64,000 nucleotides of DNA from Chrysomallon squamiferum (Eukaryota; Animalia; Mollusca), in assembly GCA_012295275.1 (NCBI GenBank), contig CM022668.1, positions 3,348,001 through 3,412,000 of the forward strand, written 5' to 3'. The notes under the pieces were generated by a model that was given only the letters and a program-made list of their open reading frames with translations, was not told the origin of the DNA and did no database searches. Positions 31,586 to 43,852 of this stretch are shown here, one piece after another (position 1 is the first letter of the stretch; every line of letters begins with the position of its first letter). Both the position numbers and the translations under genes were made by a program.

Positions 31586-33560
31586 TTGGAAAAACGGTCT
31601 TTTCCACCGTCCACCCACATGTTTGTCAGTCGCACTCAGGGTAGCGCTCGTGTACGGCGCGAGTCACTCCCTTTCTCACATTTGTTTCATGATTTGTTTG
31701 AAAATAGGTAAGACTGATTATCAAACTAACAGCAATCTTTTCTCTCTTTTATTATTATTTATTATTTTTTATATTTTTTCAGTTCTGTAATCTTCTGAAC
31801 AAAGTGTTTAACTGGTATGTCTGTTTAAATAGATAAGCTCTTTTTAAACTGAAACAAAATAATTTTCTTAATTATTTTCCCGCGTTATGCCTCATAAATA
31901 TGTGTCACCACAGAAATGAGCTCTCTCTATCTGTACCTGCAAACTCGAGTACATTAAAAACTGATTTTTCCTCTCCAAGCACAAAACGGTGGTCTCTGTG
32001 GAAAACACGACTGGCTACTGAAGCAAAACTCAGAGAGCTGTCTGGAATCAATAACGTGTGGAAAGAACGCGAACCACCGGATTTCGATCTGTATCTATAG
32101 AAACGGTAAGTTGTAATGCTTCCTCTTAATGCCAGCCAATCGGCGATCGTCACTTCTTTTAGGGGTGTGATTTGTCCATCAGATGTCACACAGGATGGCT
32201 AACGTAGCGGGCATCATCGAATAGTCTTATCTTAAATAAAACTAGAAAACTTTGATCAATATGCTTGGGAATGAACGGGGTACTTCTTTGGTATGTACAT
32301 CTGCAAACAAACTGAGCGAGTAAGAGACGAAACAAATGACATTTTAATTAATTTTCATCATCTGAGAAAAAGCATTTTGATTGAAATGCATTTAAGTTGT
32401 TGGCGTTTGAAAACTATCTTTAGTTTTACAAACATGCATTCTCAGTCATTTATGTCGACAGTCTATACATTAGATACCAGCTTCGGCTGTTCAATGAATA
32501 GCCATCGATTTTTGGATTGATCACTTTGGGGACAGAATGCACGATTCATAAAAAATAAACAAGGAAGGTATAAAACCATAGCTGTATTATTTCATCTCGT
32601 AGACAAACTTCTAACACTAAAACTGTTGTAGGTATACCTTTCAGGCTTCTGGATTGTATACAGATAACGAACGTGTTTTGACCATTAAACACGAAGACAC
32701 CCAACGCCACTGAAATTTTAGACTGTTATTATGTTAGCAGAAAATAAACTGTGTAATAACTGAACTTTTAGATTGTAAGGCCTTAGCTGATTTTTTTTTT
32801 TCGGCCAATGATGGCTCTGTATAACTTGGGGTAAACCCGTTTTTCAAAATTAATTTCTGTTATGATGACGATTAGCTGAATCTGATACGAATCATAATGA
32901 ATTACAGATATTTGATACAAAAGACACCGCCTGTCATTATGTGCTGCACTGTACGTCTAGAAACGTAGGGTATTGACTGATTTCATCTTTTGTATTTGCT
33001 ATGCGAAAACAAAAGCTTAGGAACCACTACCCTAAATTATTAGGAGATCAATAAATGGAATAAACGGAATAAAAACAACAATAACAACAGCAACAACAAT
33101 AAATAATTAAAATAAAATATTCAGTGACGCTAAAATCATGCAAAAACTACAAATACAAAAAGTTTAACGTATGTAGCAGTAATAAACCAATACTGACGTA
33201 TGTAATATGCCGATGCTGAATCAGATCGATAAATTCGTTGTAATTAGATCAGTAGGTCACTGAAGGTAAAAACAAATCATTAAACTGCTAACGACACTAT
33301 GAAAAGAATAAAAAATAGACTCGTGAAAGAGGAAATATAATAAAGTCGATTTAAGCAAATGATAGTGTACTTCAACTCGATTTACATTTCTTTACTAAAT
33401 CAGTTTCATTAATTTTCTGTCGTGAGCTATCGTGTGTCAAACATTTTACAGTTGTGGAATAATGATCAGTAATACATGATTATAATATAACCGTGGTTAT
33501 TTTGCTGTATAACTACTTTGGGGAATGCAATCTGGGAGCAATGAGGTCCAGTCTAAACCC

Positions 33561-33995
33561 AAAAATGAAAGAGAGATGAGCCGAGTTCCGAAGTGTTTAA
33601 TCTCTGGACAGCCAAGTGCGTTGTATTTTACATATAATACATATATATATACATGTTGTAACAATATAAGAGGTGTACATAAAATTGATTCATACATATA
33701 TATTAAATATGCATAATGGCTGTATACAAAGGTAACAGTAAATAACTGCATTAGCTAAATTGTGTATATATTGTTTCAATGCATATTGCGTTTACTACTG
33801 TACCTGTAGTTACTAACGATTTGTCATATTTGATCAATAAAGTACATATTGCGCGTGTTCCTGTGGCGCCAACGACATGTAATAAATAGCATTTTATAAC
33901 AAACATAGTTTAAAGGTATTTACCTAAATATAAAAATGAAAGAGAGATGAGCCGAGTTCCGAAGTGTTAATTGCTGGACAGCCAAGTGCGTTGTA
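33561..33995 (+). repeat. 65-bp direct repeat pair (33561-33625, 33932-33995) flanking a possible solo LTR
   Basis: AAAAATGAAAGAGAGATGAGCCGAGTTCCGAAGTG..CTGGACAGCCAAGTGCGTTGTA occurs twice. Between the copies lies TGTTGTA(33654)...AATAAA...TATAACA(33901). Confidence 0.8.
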
Positions 33996-34008
33996 ACTGG
34001 ACACTGTG

Positions 34009-34118
34009 AAGTGAAAAGTGAAAGTGAAAAAAATTAACGTGCCTATCAGAGCAAGCTGTGTGAAGCACGTCTGCGACGGGCACGCTCTCTGACAGGTCAG
34101 CGGGCGTGTCCGTCGCAG
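34009..34118. repeat. SINE-like repeat end with (AAAGTG)n tail and internal 48-nt hairpin; inverted copy at 35633-35720
   Basis: 34027-34099 matches the reverse complement of 35633-35706 with few differences. 34071-34118 folds back on itself. Confidence 0.75.
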
Positions 34119-36257
34119 AATTACTGGACACTGGTCTGTGCGTTATTTTATGGCACTCGGCTCATATCGTTACGTATTAATGTATTTAGGTATTTTAATT
34201 GTTGTCAAGGTTATTGCCGTAATCAGTTTACTTGGGATAAGACATATTTTGTCTACAGCTGTCCTTAATCGGCGCATACCCATTAATTGGAGCCAGCTCA
34301 TATCATTATGTATTAATGTAGTTAGGTATTTTAATTAATTATATGTCTGCTGTTAGATTGGAGAGATTGTAACTTGACGACTTTGGCTTTATAACTTTGG
34401 TTGCTATAGTTAAATATATTTTATTTTAATCTGCTTATGGCATGTCCAAGCGAGGCGTTTTTCCCACTATGATAATAACATTGAGAACGTGGAATCGTTT
34501 AGATCCTCTGACACGTTCGTAACATGATACTCAACATTTGATATTGGCTGGAACTATTATGTTCTAGTCTTACTGTTACAGTGAAAAACCTTTACATTCT
34601 CTGTTATTAGTGTTCTGAGCTAATTCTGAGGGTTGTGGCTGGGGAGCAAGGGATCTGTGTACTCAGATTTTTAGTAAACTATTTTAAATCGGTTACGTAA
34701 ACACCTAAGTTGGTATCTCATTGTTATCATTTCTTTGTGCCATAGTAATGTAGGAAGCTTCAACTATGTTTATTATATTGCTTATTGTGTTGGTAGATCG
34801 GATTATAACTGGTCTGTTTCTGTTAACTGTCACGTTGACAGGTTTTAGCCAATGTTTTAGCTGGCTTGTTGCTTAAAGTGTAATAATTGTTTCATTTTAT
34901 TTGTTGTTTATGCGAAATTTTGCGCAGTATGTTTTCAAAAGGAGTTATAATAAAGTAATAGATACATACATACATCCATACATACATACATACATATATA
35001 CCTACATGCATGCATTTTTCTTCTTCACATATATGTCAATATTAATAAGTTATAAAATACACATACATGAACAGCGTCCTATTCCACGTGACAACACATT
35101 TAAAATGGGAACACCAAGGATATTAAAATGATGAACTATCATTATGTATGTTGTAATGGCTGTTTGAACAGATTGTTTAACTCGCTGTATCTAGGGAGAT
35201 TAACCATTTTGTTTGTGAGTTTCTAGGTTATAAGAAATCAAGGCCAGTTAATTGCATGTGTTGCGCTTAAATATCATCCTGACACTGTAGGCTGTCTATT
35301 TAGTTAGGGGTTTGGATGTTCCAGTAAGAAGGACACATGGTCAAGGATATAGGAACAGTAACGCATGCAGGGTAAGAAATAATTTCTATCATAATGCACT
35401 GTTTGTATGTCTGGTGCAATTTACCAATTAAGATAACGATGAGAGAGACCATTAAAATCATAGGATGACAGAGACATGATAGTAATAACTAATGCTCCAG
35501 GTAGAGCCTTGTATCAACCTGACCATCAAGAAGATGTGTTCTGTCTGTTTAGCACTCTGCCGATCTTGATTATCTTGTGCAAGCTTAGTAGAAAATTTTT
35601 GTGAAACAATATGAAAAGCAAGAACATGTAAATGACCTGTCAGAAAGCGTGCCCGTCGCAGACGTGCTTCACAACAGCTTGCTCTGATTAGCACGTTAAT
35701 TTTTTTCCATTTCCATTTCCAAATGTTGTGTCACCTGCTATAATGGCGCATGACTGACAGGAGGAAGTAGTGTTATACCAACATATATGAAAATACCTTG
35801 TAAATATCAGCAGCAGGATTTTTGTCGTATCAGAGTGAAGGAGTTATGTCCCTAGTTTAGCAACATGATGGACAGTTTTCCTGAGGTTTTCGGGAGGAAT
35901 TAGGAGAGAAGACGAGTGTAAAATGTTTGACACCCACTGATCTAATTACAACGCATTTATCGATTTGATTCAGTATCGGTTAGTATTGGTTTATTACTAC
36001 TACATTTGCAGATAATAAACGAGTCATTAGGCTGACAGATTTGGAGTCTGTGATGAAATCACTGAAAACCTGTCACATGACATTAGTGAAAAGAATGAAG
36101 AAATGTTTGATTAATGAAATAATTCCGAATAACAGCATTTGACATGTAATAATGAGATTGTGAGTGTAGAAAACAACAAATGACATTGTATGCGTATTCG
36201 CGAGAATGTGCACAATGGAAAGTTGAAATACACTGAACGTTGTCCTCGATCAACATC

Positions 36258-37141
36258 AAAGGTAAAAGTAATGCTTTACAATAATCTGCTTTTATTTAAT
36301 AATAAAAATCATAAATATTTTAATTCTGCAAGTGGTTCTTTCACTTCTGTCTTAACCCTTTGTAGTCCTTCACTTTTACTTGATTTCTCCTCGAAGGTAG
36401 ATTTTGATTCTTATGGTAGTGATCACTTTTTCTCATTATTTTGGAGAATGGTGGACCTTCGTTATTTGAAAGGATTCGAAGGTTAGCGAAGGCAAGATGG
36501 GCTCAATTTCAGCAACTGCGCAGCACTTGTTTGTTCACTTCCATCTTGAAGCACATTGCAGATGAAACTATTCGAACGACTTCGGCAGTACCAAAACATT
36601 TCAACAAACTAGTGGATTGCATTTCTTATTGCTAGGGCTAAAGTCCGAATAGAAATTAAACAGAATAAGAAATCATCTTGGATCACTGTGTGGAACCAGA
36701 TGAAATTTATTATTAAAACATTTACCTGAATCATCGTTGTTGGTTCTTTTGAATATTTTAATAACATCTATATTTCTGAAGAATTTTTTACTGATCTCTG
36801 GCAGACTTGTCTGGTATCTTGAATCTCAAATACTGCTTACTCCATACAGTGTGGGTTCCTATCTAGGTATAGCTTAGTCGAACACTGTCAGTACACTGTT
36901 AGATTGTGCCACATATCGGTGGAGTGCCATTATTTGAAAGTCACAGCATTTTACACAAATCTTTTTTTAAATTTTAGTTTTGATACTTCCGTTTTTGCAC
37001 AGCTTTTTACGGTGTGTTTTAATTAATTTTTGAACTTGTTTTTATATAAAGTAATCATTATTCGTTGTATTTACCTTTAATACCCAAAACCGGTGCGTTT
37101 TTCGTGCTGGGGTTTCGTTAAACATTCTTCATTCATTTCAT
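36258..37141 (+). mobile_element. Degenerate, multiply deleted I/Nimb-clade LINE (endonuclease and RT fragments plus 3' tail)
   Basis: Colinear peptide relics: LLLFNNKNHKYFNSASGSFTS.LTLCSPSLLLDFS.KV....GSDHF (APE endonuclease end), ENGGPSLFER..LAKARWAQFQQL, FTSILKHIADETI..TSAVPKHFNK, RAKVRIEIKQNKKSSW, LKHLPESSLLVLLNIFNNI, LVWYLES, QCGF. It ends in TTTTCGTGCTGGGGTTTCGTTAAACATTC..(TTCA)n. Confidence 0.85.
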
Positions 37142-38462
37142 ATGTGCTCTGTGTATGGTGCAGACAATGTGTACAATCAGGCAGTCTCTATGTTTCAGGG
37201 TAGTCTTGTACGCCATTCTTATTTTTTACTTTCTCACATCGCTTTAAGAAGAAGGGTGGTAAAGAAAGTAAAAATAATTTTAAAATAATAAAGTAAAAAG
37301 TTAAATTTCGATAAAAAAACAAAACAAAAACAGATTACGTAAACAATTACATTAATGTAAAGATTTGCAATACGTAACATGCAATTAAAAATATACATAT
37401 AAACACCAAGTTCTACAAATACATAATTATTCTTTAACACACACACACACACACACACAAACACACACCTAAAACGGACATCACAGAAATAAAACAAAAA
37501 AGGAGGAAAAATATAGACTAACGAAGTGTAGAAGAGAAGGAGAAGGAAGGAATTATGTGAAAAAGATTAAGGAAAGGTTTTGAAGTTTGTTTTGTCTTAC
37601 AGCACATATAGAAGACATTGTTTATTATCGATATCATTATTTTTTTAAAGGACATTCACAACAGTATCCATTCTACCGTAGAGAAGGGAAAATAATAAAA
37701 AGTTAAAAACAGTAACTACAATGAAATGTTTAAAATGTTTAAAAATAAAAATAAAACATTTGCTGCCTTTATATACACTTAGAAAATTAAAGCTAATGGC
37801 CAAAATATCAATGTAATTGGAAATGTAGAGGAAAAAGTGAAGTCACATTAGTGTTATTATTTTCACATCAAGTTGAACCGTTTTCTGAACTCTGTGTGAG
37901 AATTAGACTGCAAGCACTGATTTACAACATCAAGTCTCTCTACTGGAGTGAAAACATCCTATAGAAGGCCAATTCATTGGCCATTATTGTTTCAAGAGTT
38001 TGTATCTGATAACTGCATAAACTTGAAATAATTATCTTGAATGATAAGGGAAGAATATTCGTATAGAATACTTACGTTTGATACTGAACATCTCTGTACA
38101 ACATATCTGCCAGTACTGTTTTCAGTAAAGATAATAACATTTTGTTAAATTAATGTAAAGAGATTTTAAAACAGTGGCGCCAAATCAGAATATCTATTCT
38201 TGTGCAGGTTTAATTACAATTTAAATAGTTTATGTTTGTACGCGTTTAAACGAGCTTTAACACTCATATATACCCCACATACAGGATAAATATATTGCTG
38301 ATTGTAATCCCATCGTTTTACAAAATATTTGTAGGCAAACCTGATGATGGGAAAAAAATGTCTACTTATTGTTAAATCATGCTAGGGACACGCCTTGGAG
38401 CTACTACGAGCGTCCATCGTTTACAGTCATTCATGAGAATGAAGAGGGGTGACTTATTCGTG

Positions 38463-38572
<110 letters not shown>

Positions 38573-40257
38573 AATTATTGTGAGTATTTATTTCCTTAAT
38601 TTTCATTTGTGTTTTCTTTTCTTAGATGAGATTCTTCAGCTAATTCTTCTATTAGCGTTATTCACAGCGATGACAGAGAAAGAAGTATGTTTAGACAGAC
38701 GTATCTGGAGCAACTCACAGTGAAACATTTAACAACTCAGTGAAAAAAATGGACCCATTACACAAAACACCAAATCTTTTTCTGACAACAACTGATATGT
38801 GAATCATTCAAACGAGACAAAATGAGAGGGGCCAGGTATGTTCCCGAAGCTATCTTTACGTATAACGATATCGTTAACATGTCGTTGAGAAAAAGCACAT
38901 GATCTAGAGAGTGTCGTTATCAACATCATTAGCCTACGATGTCTTATATTAACAACAGCTCCAACCCTCTTGTGTCGTAACAAAAGCAGGACGTGCACTG
39001 CGCATTCTGCATACTAAATAAAAGTTATAATTATACTGTAACTAACATCATCCGTTTACAGTTCCTGGCTATGAAATGTTTGTCTTCTTGGGTTTGTCAA
39101 TCATGCTTACTTGGGAAAATTCTGTCAGTCCATGAGACTGGTCGAATTTACTTACCAAACTGATGATCAGATCCAGTATTGATATTGACAAAATTTACCT
39201 AAGAACATGCTCTTTTGATTGTGTTCTTCTGATTTCTAGTTATTCAATGCATTTGGTAAAATCAGTAATTCTGGCTGATAAAGGCGGAATTCGTAAAAAA
39301 AAAATCTCAATTATATATCTCAATAAATTTTCTGTCATTTTACAGCATCTTCAAGCCAGTTTTCTTTAGGTTTATGAGACAATCATGAAATTGCTTAAAT
39401 CAAATTCTTCGGACATTTTTAACTTGCATAAATTGTGCATCGAAGGGTGAAACTAAATTATTTTATTGAAATGACCTGATGACAGAAATTGTGATAAAAA
39501 TTATTTTGGAAAAATAAATAAATAAATAAACAAATAAATAGTAATATGCCACTGAAATTTACTTTTTGCTTGTTTTTGATTTTTTTTAGATAGTGTCAAG
39601 TTTAATTTAAGTGCTCTCACTCACTGTAATGCATTTTAAAGTTATTAAAAACAACAACAAAATAGAAAATGAGAAATTTATTCCTAAAAGAGAAATTAAA
39701 CAGCTATAACTACATTTTTAGAAAAATACATCCTTTCTCGATTCAAAAATTGTAATTAAGAAAGTGCACCAGTTGTATTCCACAAATGACATAATTAAAA
39801 ACTGAATTCTTCAACTGTAAAATCCCTCCAACAAATCCATTTCGACTATTCTGTGAATTAATTCAGAATCCATAACAAAATACAAAATAATAATAATAAT
39901 AATAAAAAGGAATTAAACTAAATAACTTTAACATTCCCCATACTTATATCTAATTAAATTAGTAATTAATTTTTATGAAAAATAATTAACAAATAAACAT
40001 TAAGTTTTCACTGCTGTCCTTCACACCTGTTTGTAAACATTTTGCAGTTTCCAATTAACAACTTTTATCTTGTTCATAACCCTCAAGAAAGCGGTCCTCT
40101 TAAGAACGTAACTATTTCACCATTAACCTAGTTATGTATGTTAAAACTATTCTAACTTAAGGCTACCTATTATGGCTTCACTTCTTAATTTCTATAAAAG
40201 TTTCAGTTTAGATTTGTGACTAATTGTATTGCAATATAATTTTAAACTATATGTGTG

Positions 40258-40288
<31 letters not shown>

Positions 40289-40470
40289 ATACATATTACA
40301 TTTTTACTTAATTGTTATTAAAAAACGGAATATTTCTATAATTTTTTTTAAATGATTACAAAGATAATCTAATACTGATTGTCTGCTTCACGTACAACTG
40401 TTTTAAAATATGTATCTATCTGTTGAAACAACTTGTAATGTCAAGTTTCAAAAGTAACCTATTTAAAAAA

Positions 40471-40523
<53 letters not shown>

Positions 40524-43500
40524 ATTAAATAACGGTATAACATTTACTTTGAAACATGACAAACAATATATTCAGTTTTCTTCATGAAATAATTATAATT
40601 TTATATAACTATTTCAAATTGTTGGTTATAGTATGAAGCAATCTGTTTGCTGGTCATCAACAAGAGTTGCTACTGGAATTAAGTCAACCAACTAATTCTT
40701 TAGAGATGGTGTCCAGCAACAATTTATTTGCATAACTTTAAACTGCAGATTAACAATGTTTTAAATAAAGTTTTAAATATCTTCACTGTATAAAAACTAA
40801 TAATATATTATAACAAGCGTTTTAACAGTCAGTGCATTATAATTTGGCTGTTTGTTGTTGTATTTTTAAAATATAAACCCAGTTTCACATCATAATAGTA
40901 TTTTAATACATTTCCCAAATATTTTGGCAATTTCGTTTAATGATAATGTATGTTTGTAAACTAACAGTCCACTGTAAGAGTAAATAAAAAAATGATTATA
41001 AATAAAGTTATCATAAAGTATGTCTTATAGGAATATTTAGGAAAGTGTATTTAAGTCAAATTTCATTAATCCTTAAAAAGTTGAAAATAGTTCCATTATT
41101 CATTATACAATTGATTATACAAACATACAAACACGTGTGTAGAGCAATGAAATAAGCTGAAGTAACAAATCAAATATGTGTATTGTAAATATATGTTTTA
41201 TCCAATTACACCTTTTTATTATAAATAACAAATTTCAAACAAAACATTGATAATAAAGAGTTTTGATATCAAATACAACAGGTGTGATAAAACAATTTTA
41301 GAAATCGGAAACAGCAGTCCAAAATAACAAGTGTTTTCTATGATATAAAGTGTTTATATTTTTTTAAATTATTGTTTTTAAATATTAAAATAATTACAAA
41401 TCATTATGGAAAGAATTAAGATATAAAAGGATATATCAAAATATTTTATGGACATTTAAGTTCAAGACATATATTTTCCATGGGAAGAAACAGAATACTA
41501 AAAATATAAAAGAACACTACTGAGTAAATGGTATTTCATTTGTTAAAAATAATCAGCTATTTTGTGAAAATTATTACAAACACTGTGCAAAATGGAGGGA
41601 CATGTTTGATATTTAAGTAGTCAAAAGATAAAATATCCTGTCAAACATACAGTTGGCATTTATGTACAAAAGCAAATAAACTTCAGCAATTTATTTAACA
41701 GAAATATAAACTGTACTAATGAGTACATCCAAACATAAAATGAAAAATATAAACAATAAAATTTTAAAAGTCACTGACCTAAACGAAATATTAATATTTA
41801 TAAAGATGTAATTTATAAAAATATTTATTTTGTGGTGTGCTGTGTATGTTACCAACTGAAATGCAAAGTTTTAGTGATGACATTAAGAATGTTTCTTTGA
41901 CAGAATGTTAATATACAACCAATCAATTACATGTTACAAAATATTCTGAATAAAATGTACTAGAATGTTTAATACTGGACCAATTAAATTGCATGGTACA
42001 AAATATTACATTACTCAGTGAAATTCCATTTTTAAATTTCATATTTACTATAAGGAATAAAAACTGAAGGATTATGAAAACAGCAGTCAAATGTCTGTCA
42101 GACATCACAGAATGTAGCAAACCTGAAGACTAGAAAGAATGTAACAACAACAAAAAAAAAAAAAAGGTGTTAGAAACAAAATAAGGTATTTGTTAACAAA
42201 ATGTTATGAAAAGTGCTGGAACTATTATAACAGGCAAACTATACTGACTACATAATTATGAGGAAAATAACTGATAAAATAGAAAGTAAACAAAACATTC
42301 TGAGACAGGTAATATACTTAACAGCCAAGTAGTTTCTAATCCAAAAGAGATTCCTTTAAGTGTTCACCTAGGCTACTCAGATTACATAGCAGTATTTTAA
42401 TTTAACCAGAATATATCAAATTTGTTACAAATAAGACATTGTTGTTGTGGCATGGATGCCTATTTTCCTTTTATCAAGACATATTTCATACATAAAAATG
42501 AAAAAATAAAATAAAATAAAAAAATAAATAAATAAATAAAATGAAATACTGATAGAATAAATCATTGCTAAGTTGTATTTCATAAGAATAATATCTTTTT
42601 GGAACTTTTCTTGAATTGTTTTTTTTTTTTTGCTTTTCTTATTTTTAGAAGATATGTCTCCAGTGATCTTCTTGATAATAATATATTATTGTTATTGTTA
42701 TTGTTATTAAGAAGATCAGTGGAGATATATCTTTGTATAAAAATAAAATAAAATAAAATAAAATAAAAATATGTTATTGTTATCCCCCAAATATTGGTCC
42801 TTAGCAATTTATTTTATCGCATTTGACTTGTTTTAACTGATAAGCTAAGGGAAATAACTGCATATAACTAATCCCTATTGCAGGTTATAAAAAGCAAATA
42901 ATATACCAGTTATTATTTGTTCTTAATTGATTTGAACCACAATTATAATAAAAAGTTATATTTAAATATTAAATTTGTTATGATTTAAAAAATTGTTATA
43001 TGAGATTTAATTCTAAACTGGTTTTAAACTTCTGGCCATAATTTGACCATATTTTAATTTATTTTATTATAATTATTGAGTAAAATAAGAAATATATAAT
43101 TGTAAATATATTCATAGGTGTGGTTACACACAGGGTCAACATTTCACTTTAAAAACATGGCCACCAGATTTTTCATTTCATAAATCAATATTCTTCAAAG
43201 GTATATAAAAGAATGAGTTTAAAAATTAATCCTATTCTATGAATGTGATGAGCTAAAAATGTATTCCAAACAGTTATCATTTAATTTTTTGACAAATAAT
43301 AAAATAATAATAATAATAATAATAAATAAATAAATAAATCAATAATTAAATAAATAAATAAAGATGAAATAAAACAGATTAAAAAAATACTAAGTAGTAT
43401 GAATATTATTACAGTAATTTAAAAAAGTTTTACTGTAGATGTAATGGGTTAAGAAAATTATTAAATATATATTATGCTATTATTTGTAGTTGTAATAGAC

Positions 43501-43852
43501 ACTATGACATTAGTAGAAACATTCTCCTTTGTAAAGTAATAATTTCATTACTTTAAGTAATATTAGTCAAACCAGAGGTGTAAAACTATGACATTTCAAA
43601 AACAAAATACCAAAATCATTCTAAGTATAATTCAATTAAAGGTGCATTCACATAAGATGATTTAAAAAAAAAAAAACTTGGTTACAAGACATTTAATTGT
43701 ACTTTTAAAGTTACCCAAGTATGTTGTTCTTTGTATATTAATAATATGCAAATATGGTAACAATAAATAAGACAACTTTTATTCGTTGCTTTATGAGAAC
43801 ACACCTTTAACATGCATGTACAGTTAGCAGCACAATTGTTGTGATGACAACT

